DNA from: Alkaliphilus metalliredigens QYMF
Lineage (GTDB): Bacteria > Bacillota > Clostridia > Peptostreptococcales > Natronincolaceae
Assembly: GCF_000016985.1 (NCBI RefSeq)
Contig: NC_009633.1
Location: 2,211,539 to 2,275,538 of the forward strand
Direction: 5' to 3'
Length of the DNA stretch: 64,000 bases
Below, piece by piece: positions 26,492-35,868 of this stretch. A program made the position numbers and the translations under genes. A model generated the notes under the pieces. That model worked only from the letters and a program-made list of their open reading frames with translations, ran no database searches and was not told where the DNA came from. How positions within the stretch are numbered: the first letter of the stretch is position 1; each line of letters starts with the position of its first letter.

Positions 26492-26976
26492 TGGCGAAGG
26501 TATATCTAGGGCTGGGAAGTAATATGGGAGATAAAAAAAATTACATAGATGAGGCTATTCAAATGTTGAAGCAGCATGAATGCTTCACTGTCACAAAGAT
26601 ATCCTCCTATTATGAAACAGATCCAGTAGGCTATGAGGATCAGGATGTTTTCTTAAATGTAGTAGTGGAAGGAGATACCACCCTGACCCCCTATTATTTA
26701 CTCGGATACTGTAATGGGATCGAGGAAGCATTAAATAGAAAAAGATTGATTCGTTGGGGCCCCAGAACAATCGACGTAGATATACTACTTTATGAAAACT
26801 TTACCTCCAGGAAGAAAAAACTAACTGTCCCCCATCCTCGAATGACGGAAAGGGCCTTTGTCATAATTCCCTTACATGAGATTGCATCAAATATTACAAT
26901 AGGTGGAAATGCAATAAAAAATATCATTAAAATCCTTGAAGACCAAGGGATTAGGAAGGTTTACTATGATGGATAA
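26491..26976 (+). CDS. folK: 2-amino-4-hydroxy-6-hydroxymethyldihydropteridine pyrophosphokinase
   Basis: 'VYLGLGSNMGD', 'SSYYETDPVGY', 'GPRTIDVDILLY'. Confidence 0.85.
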   Translation: MAKVYLGLGSNMGDKKNYIDEAIQMLKQHECFTVTKISSYYETDPVGYEDQDVFLNVVVEGDTTLTPYYLLGYCNGIEEALNRKRLIRWGPRTIDVDILLYENFTSRKKKLTVPHPRMTERAFVIIPLHEIASNITIGGNAIKNIIKILEDQGIRKVYYDG

Positions 26977-27742
26977 AAGAATTTTAACTGGAGAACAAAT
27001 TATAGTAGAGGTCGGTAATTTAAAAATTGGGGGCAATCACCCTCCCATTTATATTGCAGGTCCTTGTTCCGTAGAGTCAAAGGAACAGATTATGGAGACG
27101 GCTTTTCAATTAAAGGAAATCGGAGTAGATGTTTTAAGAGGTGGGGTCTTCAAGCCTAGAACCAGTCCCTATGCCTTTCAGGGCTTAGGAATTGAGGGGC
27201 TAGAATACTTGAAAGAGGCTGGTAAAGCTACGGGTTTACCTATTATTACAGAGCTAATGGATGAAAAATATATGGATGTTGTAGCTGAACATGCTGATAT
27301 CATCCAAATTGGTTCTAGAAATATGTTTAACTATTCCTTCTTAAAAACCATGGGAAGACTGGACAAGCCTATTCTACTGAAGCGAGGGATGTGTGCTACT
27401 ATAGAAGAATGGGTTCTTGCAGCAGAATATATTGTAGCCCATGGGAATAAAAATGTTATCCTGTGTGAAAGAGGGATTAGGAGCTATGATCATTATACTA
27501 GAAATACTTTAGATTTAGCTGCTGTACCTATCATGCAAAAGGAAACAGGATTGCCTGTTATTGTTGACCCAAGCCATGGAACGGGAATTCGGGAGTTGGT
27601 GAAGCCTATGTCTAAGGCTGCCTTAGCCTGCGGTGCCAATGGATTAATGATCGAGGTCCATCCAAATCCTCCCTGTGCCCTAAGTGACGGGCACCAATCC
27701 CTGACCTTTGAAGAATATGAACAGGTACGGAGAGATAAATAA
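26966..27742 (+). CDS. 3-deoxy-7-phosphoheptulonate (DAHP) synthase, KDO8P-synthase-like type
   Basis: 'GPCSVES...VLRGGVFKPRTSPYAFQGLG', 'DPSHGTG'. RBS aggaagg before ATG 26966. Confidence 0.8.
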   Translation: MMDKRILTGEQIIVEVGNLKIGGNHPPIYIAGPCSVESKEQIMETAFQLKEIGVDVLRGGVFKPRTSPYAFQGLGIEGLEYLKEAGKATGLPIITELMDEKYMDVVAEHADIIQIGSRNMFNYSFLKTMGRLDKPILLKRGMCATIEEWVLAAEYIVAHGNKNVILCERGIRSYDHYTRNTLDLAAVPIMQKETGLPVIVDPSHGTGIRELVKPMSKAALACGANGLMIEVHPNPPCALSDGHQSLTFEEYEQVRRDK

Positions 27743-27757
27743 GTGGATCAATGAGCC

Positions 27758-27793
27758 TATGAAAAAGGACCTTCATTAGAAGGTCCTTTTTCA
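27758..27793 (+). terminator. Intrinsic terminator of the pab-fol-aro operon
   Basis: aaaaaggaccttcattagaaggtcctttttcat. Confidence 0.8.
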
Positions 27794-27922
27794 TCCTTGA
27801 AGGTAAAACCAAAATCATCTACTAGCTTTCTATTTAACTTAATAGGTAAAGAAGGAACATTTCAATTCATTTACACGTCTAAATAATAATAAAGTCAAAT
27901 CACATATAAGGAGTTGAATAAA

Positions 27923-29149
27923 ATGATCAAGAGAACTGCTATTGTCCTTTTGACAGCATTATTATTGATATCCACCACAGGCTGTGGGAGCTTATTCAAT
28001 ACAGTGACAGTCCATGAATATAATGAAGATAAGGTTGCTTCCAGTGTGATGGAGGGGAATAACCAATTTGCATGGGACATCTTTAAGGAGTTAAACCAAG
28101 AGGATTCTGGAGAAAGTATTTTCATCTCTCCCCTAAGCATATCAACGGCCCTTTCAATGACATATCAGGGAGCAGAGGGAACCACCAAGGATGGAATGGC
28201 TGAAGGCCTAAGATACCAAGGCATCGATATGGAGGTTCTCAATGAGAGCTACAGGGAGTTATTAAAATATATGAATAATATGGATCAAGGGATCGAGCTT
28301 AATATTGCCAACTCCATATGGGCTAGAGAAGGTGGCGGATTTAAAGAAGCCTTTCTTGACATCAATCAAGATGTTTTTGATGCCTATGTAACTGAATTGG
28401 ATTTTTCCAAAGCGGATTCAGCGGATAAAATTAATGGGTGGATTGAGGATGCCACAGAGGGAAAGATTGAGGAAATGATCCAGGGTCCTATTTCATCAAA
28501 TGTATTGATGTATCTAATCAATGCCATTTACTTTAAGGGTAGTTGGACAGTACCCTTTGAGGAGGCCCAAACATTTGATGGAGAATTCTTCACCGAGGAT
28601 GGCGATGTTAATGATATTAAAATGATGAGGAGAAATGGTAAGGTAGCCTATGGTGATGGAGTGGATTTTACCGCAGTTAAACTTCCCTATGGAAATGAAA
28701 GTACATCAATGTATGTGATTCTTCCAGAGGAAAACACTTCGATCAATGATTTTATTGGGTCAATGGATCACAAAAAATGGAATGAAATTCGTGAGGGTAT
28801 TTCCTCTCAAAAGGATGTAGAGCTTCAAATACCAAAATTTGAGCTAGAATATGGGATTAAGGAATTAAATAATAGTTTAGCTAATTTAGGAATGGGGGAG
28901 GCCTTTGGTCCTGCCGCAGACTTTTCTAAGATTAGAGAGGGAATATTTATCAGTGAGGTGCTGCATAAGGCAGTAATCGAGGTTAATGAAGAGGGAAGCG
29001 AGGCTGCAGCTGCAACGGTGGTTGTAATGACTGAGAGTGCAATGGCAGACCCATTAAGTTTTGTAGCCAATAGACCCTTTATGTTTGTGATTGCAAATGA
29101 TGAATCCGACACAATCCTCTTTATGGGAAAGTTAAGCGGTATTAACTAG
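27923..29149 (+). CDS. Serpin-family serine protease inhibitor, lipoprotein
   Basis: Lipobox 'LLISTTGCGS'. Serpin breach/shutter and C-terminal 'FVANRPFMFVIAND....ILFMGK'. Reactive-centre loop 'GSEAAAATVVVMTESAMAD'. Confidence 0.85.
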   Translation: MIKRTAIVLLTALLLISTTGCGSLFNTVTVHEYNEDKVASSVMEGNNQFAWDIFKELNQEDSGESIFISPLSISTALSMTYQGAEGTTKDGMAEGLRYQGIDMEVLNESYRELLKYMNNMDQGIELNIANSIWAREGGGFKEAFLDINQDVFDAYVTELDFSKADSADKINGWIEDATEGKIEEMIQGPISSNVLMYLINAIYFKGSWTVPFEEAQTFDGEFFTEDGDVNDIKMMRRNGKVAYGDGVDFTAVKLPYGNESTSMYVILPEENTSINDFIGSMDHKKWNEIREGISSQKDVELQIPKFELEYGIKELNNSLANLGMGEAFGPAADFSKIREGIFISEVLHKAVIEVNEEGSEAAAATVVVMTESAMADPLSFVANRPFMFVIANDESDTILFMGKLSGIN

Positions 29150-29292
29150 AATCAGTATCCTAAAGTCTGTTTTTTAGAGAAATAATAAACCTCTTGTTAT
29201 AGAAATAATGTTATGGATTTACATGAAAGAATATTTCATTCATATGATGTAAAAACTAACATTGATTGATAAATAATAAAGGAGGTAATATT

Positions 29293-29472
29293 GTGGATAA
29301 AACACGGGCACAAGAAATTATTTCTTCTCCAAATATGATTAGTGTAACTTATAATGGAAAAGAAATATATATTGAAAATGTAAACGAGAATACCCAAACG
29401 GCTAATATTCATCTACTTAATAAACCTGATAAGAAACAAGAGGTACCTTTAAATAACCTAGTGGAGCATTAA
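29293..29472 (+). CDS. sspH: Small acid-soluble spore protein, SspH family
   Basis: 'DKTRAQEIISSPNMISVTYNGKEIYIENVNE' matches the H-type SASP pattern. GTG start 6 nt after GGAGGT (track start 29266 lacks an RBS). Confidence 0.75.
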   Translation: MDKTRAQEIISSPNMISVTYNGKEIYIENVNENTQTANIHLLNKPDKKQEVPLNNLVEH

Positions 29473-29496
29473 ATTCTATGACATCCTGCCTCTCAT

Positions 29497-29536
29497 TTGC
29501 CACCGCTTTTTCAAAGTAGGTGGCAATTATTTTATT
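29497..29536 (+). terminator. Intrinsic terminator after sspH
   Basis: ttgccacc-gctttttcaaagta-ggtggcaa + ttattttatt. Confidence 0.7.
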
Positions 29537-29712
29537 AATTTTGAAAACAGTCAAATGAGAATCAATCCTGACAGTCATTGAAATGACACAATTAAGACAA
29601 TTGATTTTGGAGAATCTCTTTGTTATAATAAAATTGTTAGTAATCCTACATCAATGGGAATATATATCTTATAGAGTTTAACAAAATAAATTAACAAAAG
29701 TGGGGACGGGAA

Positions 29713-30270
29713 ATGGATGAAAAAGTGATTCGATTAAAGGCAAGCTTCAAAGGAATTATAAGCAGTTTATTGTTTTTACTTCTAAAGTTTATCATTACTT
29801 TCAGTTTTTTCACATTCATAAACAGAGTTAAGAATGGCATATTTAATAGGAACGACATTGGTTTTAGAAGTTCTTTTGCTAATCCAATGGATTCTACAAC
29901 ATCTCTACCAGATTTGGCAATTCTATATCTGATATACATTGGCATAACCATTTCACTTATTTTTTTAGGAATTCTTTTATATCGAGTGATCACTTTATTG
30001 ATGAAGGTCTCCAACAAAGCAATTTTTGATTATAACAACGAAAAGATCATTACTGCAAAACGAACATCACCTTTTACAAAACTAACAGAGGAAAATATTT
30101 TTTACAAAATCATCGAAGCAAGTGTGAGTCAGAACCATATCGAAAGGCTGTTCAACACAGGGAAATTATATATTGCCTATTTGGTTTTAGGGGAAACGGA
30201 CTCCCATATTAGGTATGTAGAGATGGACTACATTGAAGCACCTTTCAAGGCTAAGAAAAAACTAATATAA
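29713..30270 (+). CDS. Membrane protein with bacterial PH (bPH_2/YdbT-like) domain
   Basis: Two TM segments, then 'ASVSQNHIERLFNTGKLYIAYL' (bPH_2 SVSQ..RlFG.G motif). Confidence 0.6.
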   Translation: MDEKVIRLKASFKGIISSLLFLLLKFIITFSFFTFINRVKNGIFNRNDIGFRSSFANPMDSTTSLPDLAILYLIYIGITISLIFLGILLYRVITLLMKVSNKAIFDYNNEKIITAKRTSPFTKLTEENIFYKIIEASVSQNHIERLFNTGKLYIAYLVLGETDSHIRYVEMDYIEAPFKAKKKLI

Positions 30271-30684
30271 TTTTAATTATAAAGTCTGCCATTACAATCG
30301 TGAAGGAAATATGGTTGGAGATGGACTGGTTGATTCTTCGAATAAGCTGCAGTAATGAAAATATATCCTTAAGTAAAGGACGATATAAAGAAGACCATAA
30401 GGTAATGAAAGATGATTTCTGTTTTGTACAGGAGTCATCTTTTTTGTATTTATATATTTTTATATTACAATAAGATTAAATTTTAACTCATCTACTAAGG
30501 CGGTATTGTTTTAGTCAATTTCTGTGATACAATAGATAACAGATGTGGAATTTATTTACATAAGATAAGAGAAATAAATGATTGAAATGCAAAAAAATAT
30601 AGCTAGAAATTGGAACTTTTTAGCATCCTAGGAGTCTATTATATAGGATGAATTTTAATTTTTGGCTAGAAAGGAGGTGTTGGT

Positions 30685-31284
30685 TTGATAGATTGGCTTA
30701 CAGAAGTGTTAGTATTTGATAGGATTTATTGGTATTTAGCCATACCCTTCACCGTATTGTTGGTAATACAGCTAGTGGCGACTTTTGTAGGGATTGGCGG
30801 TGAAGGGGGCCTTGATGGCGGAGAAGATGGAATGGATCTAGGAGATGATGGTGATTTTGAACCGGGATTTCAAATATTTACTGTGAAAAACTTCATTACC
30901 TTTTTTGCAGTATTTGGATGGGCTGGAATCACATTTTCTAATGCAGGATTGGGACAATTCACTACCGTTTTATTATCCACCATACTTGGTATTATTGTAC
31001 TCCTCATTGTATCGGCACTTTTTTATTTTATTACAAAGCTTGCCGACAGTGGGACCATGGATATTCAACGGGCTAAAGGTGTCACTGGAGAAGTGTATCT
31101 GCGGATTCCTGCCAAAAGAAATGGCATGGGAAAAGTAAGTATCAAGCTTCAAGGTTCTTTTAGGGAATTGGATGCCATGACAGATGAAGATGATGTGATT
31201 ACAACAGGACATATTATTGTTGTAAAAGATGTAGTCAGTAATAGTATTTTATTAGTCGAAAAAATGAACAAGGGGGATGCTTAG
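30685..31284 (+). CDS. NfeD-like membrane protein (YuaF-like), partner of flotillin
   Basis: N-terminal TM helices plus a C-terminal OB-like domain. Immediately upstream of, and abutting, the flotillin gene. TTG start 6 nt after GGAGGT. Confidence 0.65.
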   Translation: MIDWLTEVLVFDRIYWYLAIPFTVLLVIQLVATFVGIGGEGGLDGGEDGMDLGDDGDFEPGFQIFTVKNFITFFAVFGWAGITFSNAGLGQFTTVLLSTILGIIVLLIVSALFYFITKLADSGTMDIQRAKGVTGEVYLRIPAKRNGMGKVSIKLQGSFRELDAMTDEDDVITTGHIIVVKDVVSNSILLVEKMNKGDA

Positions 31285-32717
31285 TGGGTTCAACATATGG
31301 AGTAATTTTAATAACGGTTATTGTAGTCGTGATATTTGGAACAATTGCGGCGCTTTTCGCAAGGTTTAAAAGATGTCCATCGGATAAGATTCTAGTTGTA
31401 TATGGTAAAGTGGGGAAAGAAGGAGATGAAAATAGGTCTTCTAAATGTATTCATGGAGGGGCCGCATTTGTATGGCCTGTGATTCAGCATTCTGAGTTTT
31501 TAGATTTGACTCCTTTATCCATAGAAGTAAATCTTCAAAATGCCCTGAGTAAGCAAAATATCAGGGTCGATGTACCTTCAAGGTTTACAGTGGGAATTTC
31601 TACTGAACCAGGGATCATGCAAAATGCCGCCGAAAGATTATTGGGATTAGGTCTTGCAGAAATACAGGAGTTGGCAAAGGACATTATCTTTGGTCAGCTA
31701 AGATTAGTCATTGCAACCATGGATATTGAGGAAATTAATACTGATAGAGATAAATTTCTTGAAGCTGTTTCTAGCAACGTAGAATCGGAGCTTAAAAAAA
31801 TAGGTCTACGATTAATCAATGTAAACGTAACAGATATTAATGATGAGTCGGGATACATACAGGCCCTAGGAAAAGAAGCGGCTGCTAAGGCAGTCAATGA
31901 TGCGAAAAAGAGTGTGGCTGAAAAGGATAGAGATGGATCCATTGGTGAAGCACAGGCCAGACGAGACCAAAGAGTTAAGGTTGCTGAAGCTGATGCCACA
32001 GCAGTAGAGGGTGAAAACAGATCTAAAATCACTGTAGCCAACTCTGATGCAGAGAAAAGAGAGCGGACTGCTGAGGCTGAGAGAAGAGCCAGTGCTTCAG
32101 AAAAGGTTCAATCAGCAAAGGCACTAGAGGAAGCTTATTTAGCTGAAGAAGAGGCAGAAAAATCTAGGGCTAGAAGAGAAAAAGCTACAATGGAAGCAGA
32201 TGTACTTGTTCATGCACAAATTGAAAAGCAAAAGTTAGAAATTGAATCAGAGGCCCAGGCTGAAGAATTCAGAAGAATAGCCAGAGGTGAAGCAGACGCC
32301 ATATTCTCTAAGATGGATGCACAGGCTAGGGGTACCAAGGAAATGCTTGAAAAACAAGCAGAAGGTTTCCAAAAGCTTATTGGAGCTGCCGGTGGGATAC
32401 CAGAAAAAGCAGTGATGATGATGATCGCTGATCGACTTCCAGAGCTAGTGAAAATACAGGTAGAAGCAATTAAAGGCATTAACATTGATAAAGTAACTGT
32501 ATGGGATAACATGGGTGGTGGAAAAGATGGTGGAAAGCCAGCTACAGCCAACTTTTTATCAGGAATGATGCAATCACTTCCACCTCTACAGGATATATTT
32601 AATAGTGCTGGTTTGGATTTACCAAACTATCTTTTACAAACAAAAGAAACCAAGGAAATTCCTATGAACACAAAGGAAGTCAACACAGAGAATCCTATAG
32701 AAAATAATCAAGAATAA
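31284..32717 (+). CDS. floT: Flotillin (SPFH/band-7 domain, FloT/YuaG-like)
   Basis: N-terminal TM, SPFH domain, long EA-rich coiled coil 'AEAERRASASEKVQSAKALEEAYLAEEEAEKSRARREKA'. Confidence 0.85.
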   Translation: MGSTYGVILITVIVVVIFGTIAALFARFKRCPSDKILVVYGKVGKEGDENRSSKCIHGGAAFVWPVIQHSEFLDLTPLSIEVNLQNALSKQNIRVDVPSRFTVGISTEPGIMQNAAERLLGLGLAEIQELAKDIIFGQLRLVIATMDIEEINTDRDKFLEAVSSNVESELKKIGLRLINVNVTDINDESGYIQALGKEAAAKAVNDAKKSVAEKDRDGSIGEAQARRDQRVKVAEADATAVEGENRSKITVANSDAEKRERTAEAERRASASEKVQSAKALEEAYLAEEEAEKSRARREKATMEADVLVHAQIEKQKLEIESEAQAEEFRRIARGEADAIFSKMDAQARGTKEMLEKQAEGFQKLIGAAGGIPEKAVMMMIADRLPELVKIQVEAIKGINIDKVTVWDNMGGGKDGGKPATANFLSGMMQSLPPLQDIFNSAGLDLPNYLLQTKETKEIPMNTKEVNTENPIENNQE

Positions 32718-32839
32718 TCGCAATGAAGGAAATTTAATCACACTCTTTAAATAAATAATTCTAGATCAACACAACTCCAAACTTAAATAACATACATCTT
32801 TAGTCGTTTAAAAAGAAGTTAAAGGCGTAAGAATAAAAA

Positions 32840-32880
32840 AGCATGATTTCTATGAATTTAGAAATCATGCTGTTTTATTT
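32840..32880 (+). terminator. Intrinsic terminator after flotillin
   Basis: agcatgatttc...gaaatcatgct + gttttatttg. Confidence 0.7.
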
Positions 32881-33063
32881 GATTGGGATTAAGGAGAATC
32901 TATTTATGAATCAACATTACAACAATTAGTAGATGAAAGGAGGCAATTTGTGATAGTATTAGAATAATCGTTTAACAAATGAAATTATACTTTTAATCCT
33001 GATCATAAAGGGTAAATAAATGGATATATTTACTCTTAATATAAAAACTATTTGGAGGTAAAC

Positions 33064-33135
33064 ATGAAACTAAATCCGATTATCAAAATAAATCTTCAAT
33101 TCCATCATCATCACAAACTGCGCTTGGAGCTATAG
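33064..33135 (+). CDS. Putative His-rich leader peptide (MKLNPIIKINLQFHHHHKLRLEL) upstream of hisS
   Basis: RBS GGAGGT 4-5 nt before ATG. Four consecutive His codons (cat cat cat cac) at 33103-33114. Followed by alternative hairpins and an intrinsic terminator before hisS. Confidence 0.45.
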   Translation: MKLNPIIKINLQFHHHHKLRLEL

Positions 33136-33143
33136 AATTTTCT

Positions 33144-33236
33144 GTAGACACAAGCGCTATTGGTGTTTGTGTCTACGATGGTCGGCTTAAATGAAGCTAC
33201 GTAGACAATTATGTCTATGTAGCTTTTGTGTTTTAT
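33144..33236 (+). promoter_or_regulatory. Attenuator RNA structures: a 10-14 bp hairpin, then an intrinsic terminator
   Basis: Hairpin 33144-33176 (gtagacacaa / ttgtgtctac). Terminator 33194-33225 (14-bp stem, one GU) plus U-tract 33226-33236. The hairpin 3' arm (tgtctacg) is also complementary to the terminator 5' arm (cgtagaca), giving a possible 8-bp antiterminator. Confidence 0.5.
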
Positions 33237-33263
33237 AAAACAATATAAAAGGAGGAATAAACA

Positions 33264-34574
33264 ATGGATCTTGAATTAAAAAATGTAAAAGGAACAAAAG
33301 ATTTTTTCCCAAATGAACAAATTATTAGAAATGGAATTATTAAGAAACTGCAAGAGGTTTTTGAACTTTATGGTTATCAACCACTGGAAACCCCTACACT
33401 TTACTATTTAGAGGTTTTAGCATCGAAATACGCAGGGGGAGCAGAAATTCTGAAGGAAACCTATAGTCTAAAGGATCAAGGAGAAAGAGAATTAGGATTA
33501 CGATATGATTTGACTATTCCTTTTTCAAAGGTAATAGGTATGAACCCTAACTTAAGAATGCCTTTCAAACGCTATGAGATTGGAAAAGTCTTTAGGGATG
33601 GACCAGTAAAATTAGGACGAATGAGAGAATTTATACAGTGTGATGTAGATGTCGTAGGGGTAAAGTCAATGATGGCAGAGGCTGAGTTGATGTTTATGGC
33701 AACTGAAGTATTTGATAAATTAGGGCTTGATATTTATCTATCCTATAACAATCGAAAATTGTTATCTGGGACGCTAATGAAGCTGAAAATAAACAAAGAA
33801 CTTGCCAGTGACGTGATACTCTCTTTAGATAAAGTTGAAAAAATAGGAATAGAAGGGGTTAAAAAAGAACTTTTGGAGAAGAACCTACAACCAGAGGTAG
33901 TGGAGAACATTATCGAGCTATTAAACAATAAAGAGGCGGCTTCCATAGATTATTATAAAGGAATAGCGTCAAATTCATTAATGCAAGAAGGAATTCAGGA
34001 ACTAGAAGAGCTTAATGATTATCTTGATGCCATGGGTATTGGAAGTAAAGTAAAGTATAATCCCTTTTTAGCAAGGGGACTTGAAATTTACACGGGGACT
34101 GTATATGAGATATTCCTAAAGGATGGCAGTATTACATCGAGTATGGGCGCAGGTGGAAGATATGATGATATTATTGGAAAGTTTATTCAAAATGAGGTGG
34201 GATATCCAGCGGTAGGTATTTCCTTTGGTCTTGATGTTATATACACAGCATTGAGCATGAAGAGGGATAATGAATTAGAGTCAAATTTAGATGTTTATAT
34301 TATTCCCCTAGGTACTGAGGCTGAAGCCTTGAAGATGGCTTGTGAATTGAGAGGACAAGGAATTAAAGTAGACATAGATATGACAGAGCGAAAGCTCAAG
34401 AAAAGACTTGATTATGCTAATAAAGAAAAAATTCCTTATGTGTTAATACTGGGAGAAGATGAAGTGAAGAGCCAACGGATTAAAATGAAGGATATGAAAA
34501 GCGGTACAGAGGAAGAAATGAAGATATCTGAAATAGGAAATAATGTATTGAGGCGAATACAAAGTTTAACATAA
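33264..34574 (+). CDS. hisS: Histidine--tRNA ligase
   Basis: 'KGTKDFFP', 'RYEIGKVFRDGP', 'QCDVDVVG', class II motif 3 'GGRYDDI', plus a C-terminal anticodon-binding domain. Confidence 0.9.
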   Translation: MDLELKNVKGTKDFFPNEQIIRNGIIKKLQEVFELYGYQPLETPTLYYLEVLASKYAGGAEILKETYSLKDQGERELGLRYDLTIPFSKVIGMNPNLRMPFKRYEIGKVFRDGPVKLGRMREFIQCDVDVVGVKSMMAEAELMFMATEVFDKLGLDIYLSYNNRKLLSGTLMKLKINKELASDVILSLDKVEKIGIEGVKKELLEKNLQPEVVENIIELLNNKEAASIDYYKGIASNSLMQEGIQELEELNDYLDAMGIGSKVKYNPFLARGLEIYTGTVYEIFLKDGSITSSMGAGGRYDDIIGKFIQNEVGYPAVGISFGLDVIYTALSMKRDNELESNLDVYIIPLGTEAEALKMACELRGQGIKVDIDMTERKLKKRLDYANKEKIPYVLILGEDEVKSQRIKMKDMKSGTEEEMKISEIGNNVLRRIQSLT

Positions 34575-34593
34575 AAAGGATTTCATTAAAACA

Positions 34594-34628
34594 AGAAGAA
34601 TATCTTTAGATAAGATATTCTTTTTTTT
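34594..34628 (+). terminator. Intrinsic terminator after hisS
   Basis: aagaatatctttagataagatattc + tttttttt. Confidence 0.75.
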
Positions 34629-34665
34629 GTTTAAAAGTAAATATTCAATTGATGGGGAGGTTATT

Positions 34666-35658
34666 ATGAAAAAACAGTGCATCCAAGTGGAGAGTAATCA
34701 TAAGACTTTTCATGCCAAGGAATCAGAACTTAATAAAAGTCTAATTATAAATACAATCATGACCAATTCCCACGATACAATTTATTTTAAAGATAGAAAT
34801 TCTACATTTCTTTTAAGCAGCAAGGCACATGCATCACTATTTGGTATTGATAATCCTATGGAGGTTATTGGAAAAAATGATTATGATTATTTTCCTGAGT
34901 ATTTTGCTAACAATGCTTATCATGATGAAGAGCAAATCATGAGGACAGGTGAGCCCATTATCAGTAGAATTGAAAAATTAATTAAAGCAGATGGTGAGAT
35001 CATGTGGCTTTCGGCTTCTAAATATCCGCTATATGATGGGCAGGGAAAGATTATTGGTACCTGGGGCACCTCTAGGGATATCACACCTTTGAAAAAAGCA
35101 GAAGAAGAGTTGACTAGCTTGAATGAAAAGCTAGAGGAAGCAAACAGGCAACTCAGGATTTTATCAGCTATCGACAGTCTTTCTGGACTTTATAATCATA
35201 GACATTTCTTTGAAGAATTGAATAAAGCATTTGAGCTTTACACAAGACAAAAAGAAGAAGGAAGTAGCCATGGCTTTTCTGTTATTTTATTTGATGTTGA
35301 TAATTTCAAGGTAATCAATGATAAACATGGTCATTTAATGGGAGATGTAGTAATTAGACAAATAGGGGAAATTATGAAAAGAAATACCCGTTCCACCGAT
35401 AGTTGTTTTAGATACGGTGGAGATGAATTTGCAATACTACTGCCAAATACCAGTATTGAGGATGCAAGACGAATTGCAGAAAAGATGCGGGTAGCTATAA
35501 AAAACACAGCCATTGCCTCTGAGCATAGTGAATTGAAAATTACTGTCAGTTTAGGTGTTGCCTCTTGCTGTGAAGCTAAAAGTGTTAAGGATTTATTTCG
35601 AAAATCTGATGAAAAGCTTTATTGTTCTAAAAATACAGGAAAGAATATGGTAAGTTAA
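34666..35658 (+). CDS. PAS-domain diguanylate cyclase (GGDEF)
   Basis: PAS 'DYFPEYFANNAYHDEEQIMRTGEPII'. 'RYGGDEF' active site. RBS ggggaggt before ATG 34666. Confidence 0.85.
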   Translation: MKKQCIQVESNHKTFHAKESELNKSLIINTIMTNSHDTIYFKDRNSTFLLSSKAHASLFGIDNPMEVIGKNDYDYFPEYFANNAYHDEEQIMRTGEPIISRIEKLIKADGEIMWLSASKYPLYDGQGKIIGTWGTSRDITPLKKAEEELTSLNEKLEEANRQLRILSAIDSLSGLYNHRHFFEELNKAFELYTRQKEEGSSHGFSVILFDVDNFKVINDKHGHLMGDVVIRQIGEIMKRNTRSTDSCFRYGGDEFAILLPNTSIEDARRIAEKMRVAIKNTAIASEHSELKITVSLGVASCCEAKSVKDLFRKSDEKLYCSKNTGKNMVS

Positions 35659-35868
35659 AGGAACAAGGAAGCCAAATATTTCAGATTATGCAAACACTGA
35701 AGGAAGAAGGAAATCTAAAGAAGATCACACCAGTATTATCAAGTACGATGAAAAAAGAGCAGGTGTAGAAGTGAGAGGGTAAGGACCATTACATTGAAAG
35801 GCAAAGTCTGATTAATTAATCTCATAAATTGAAATACTAAAGATAAATCATGCAGAGAGGTGATTCTT

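Noticed and set aside
31694-32551. Minus-strand ORFs (115 aa and 113 aa) inside the flotillin gene
   Set aside because: Antisense ORFs produced by the GC/Ala-rich repetitive coiled-coil coding region of floT. No RBS and no motif.
32880-33263. T-box riboswitch upstream of hisS (the expected Firmicutes arrangement)
   Set aside because: No AGGGUGGNACCGCG-like T-box sequence overlaps the 5' arm of the terminator, and there are no recognisable stem I AG-bulge/GNUGA elements. The leader instead contains a His-codon mini-ORF.
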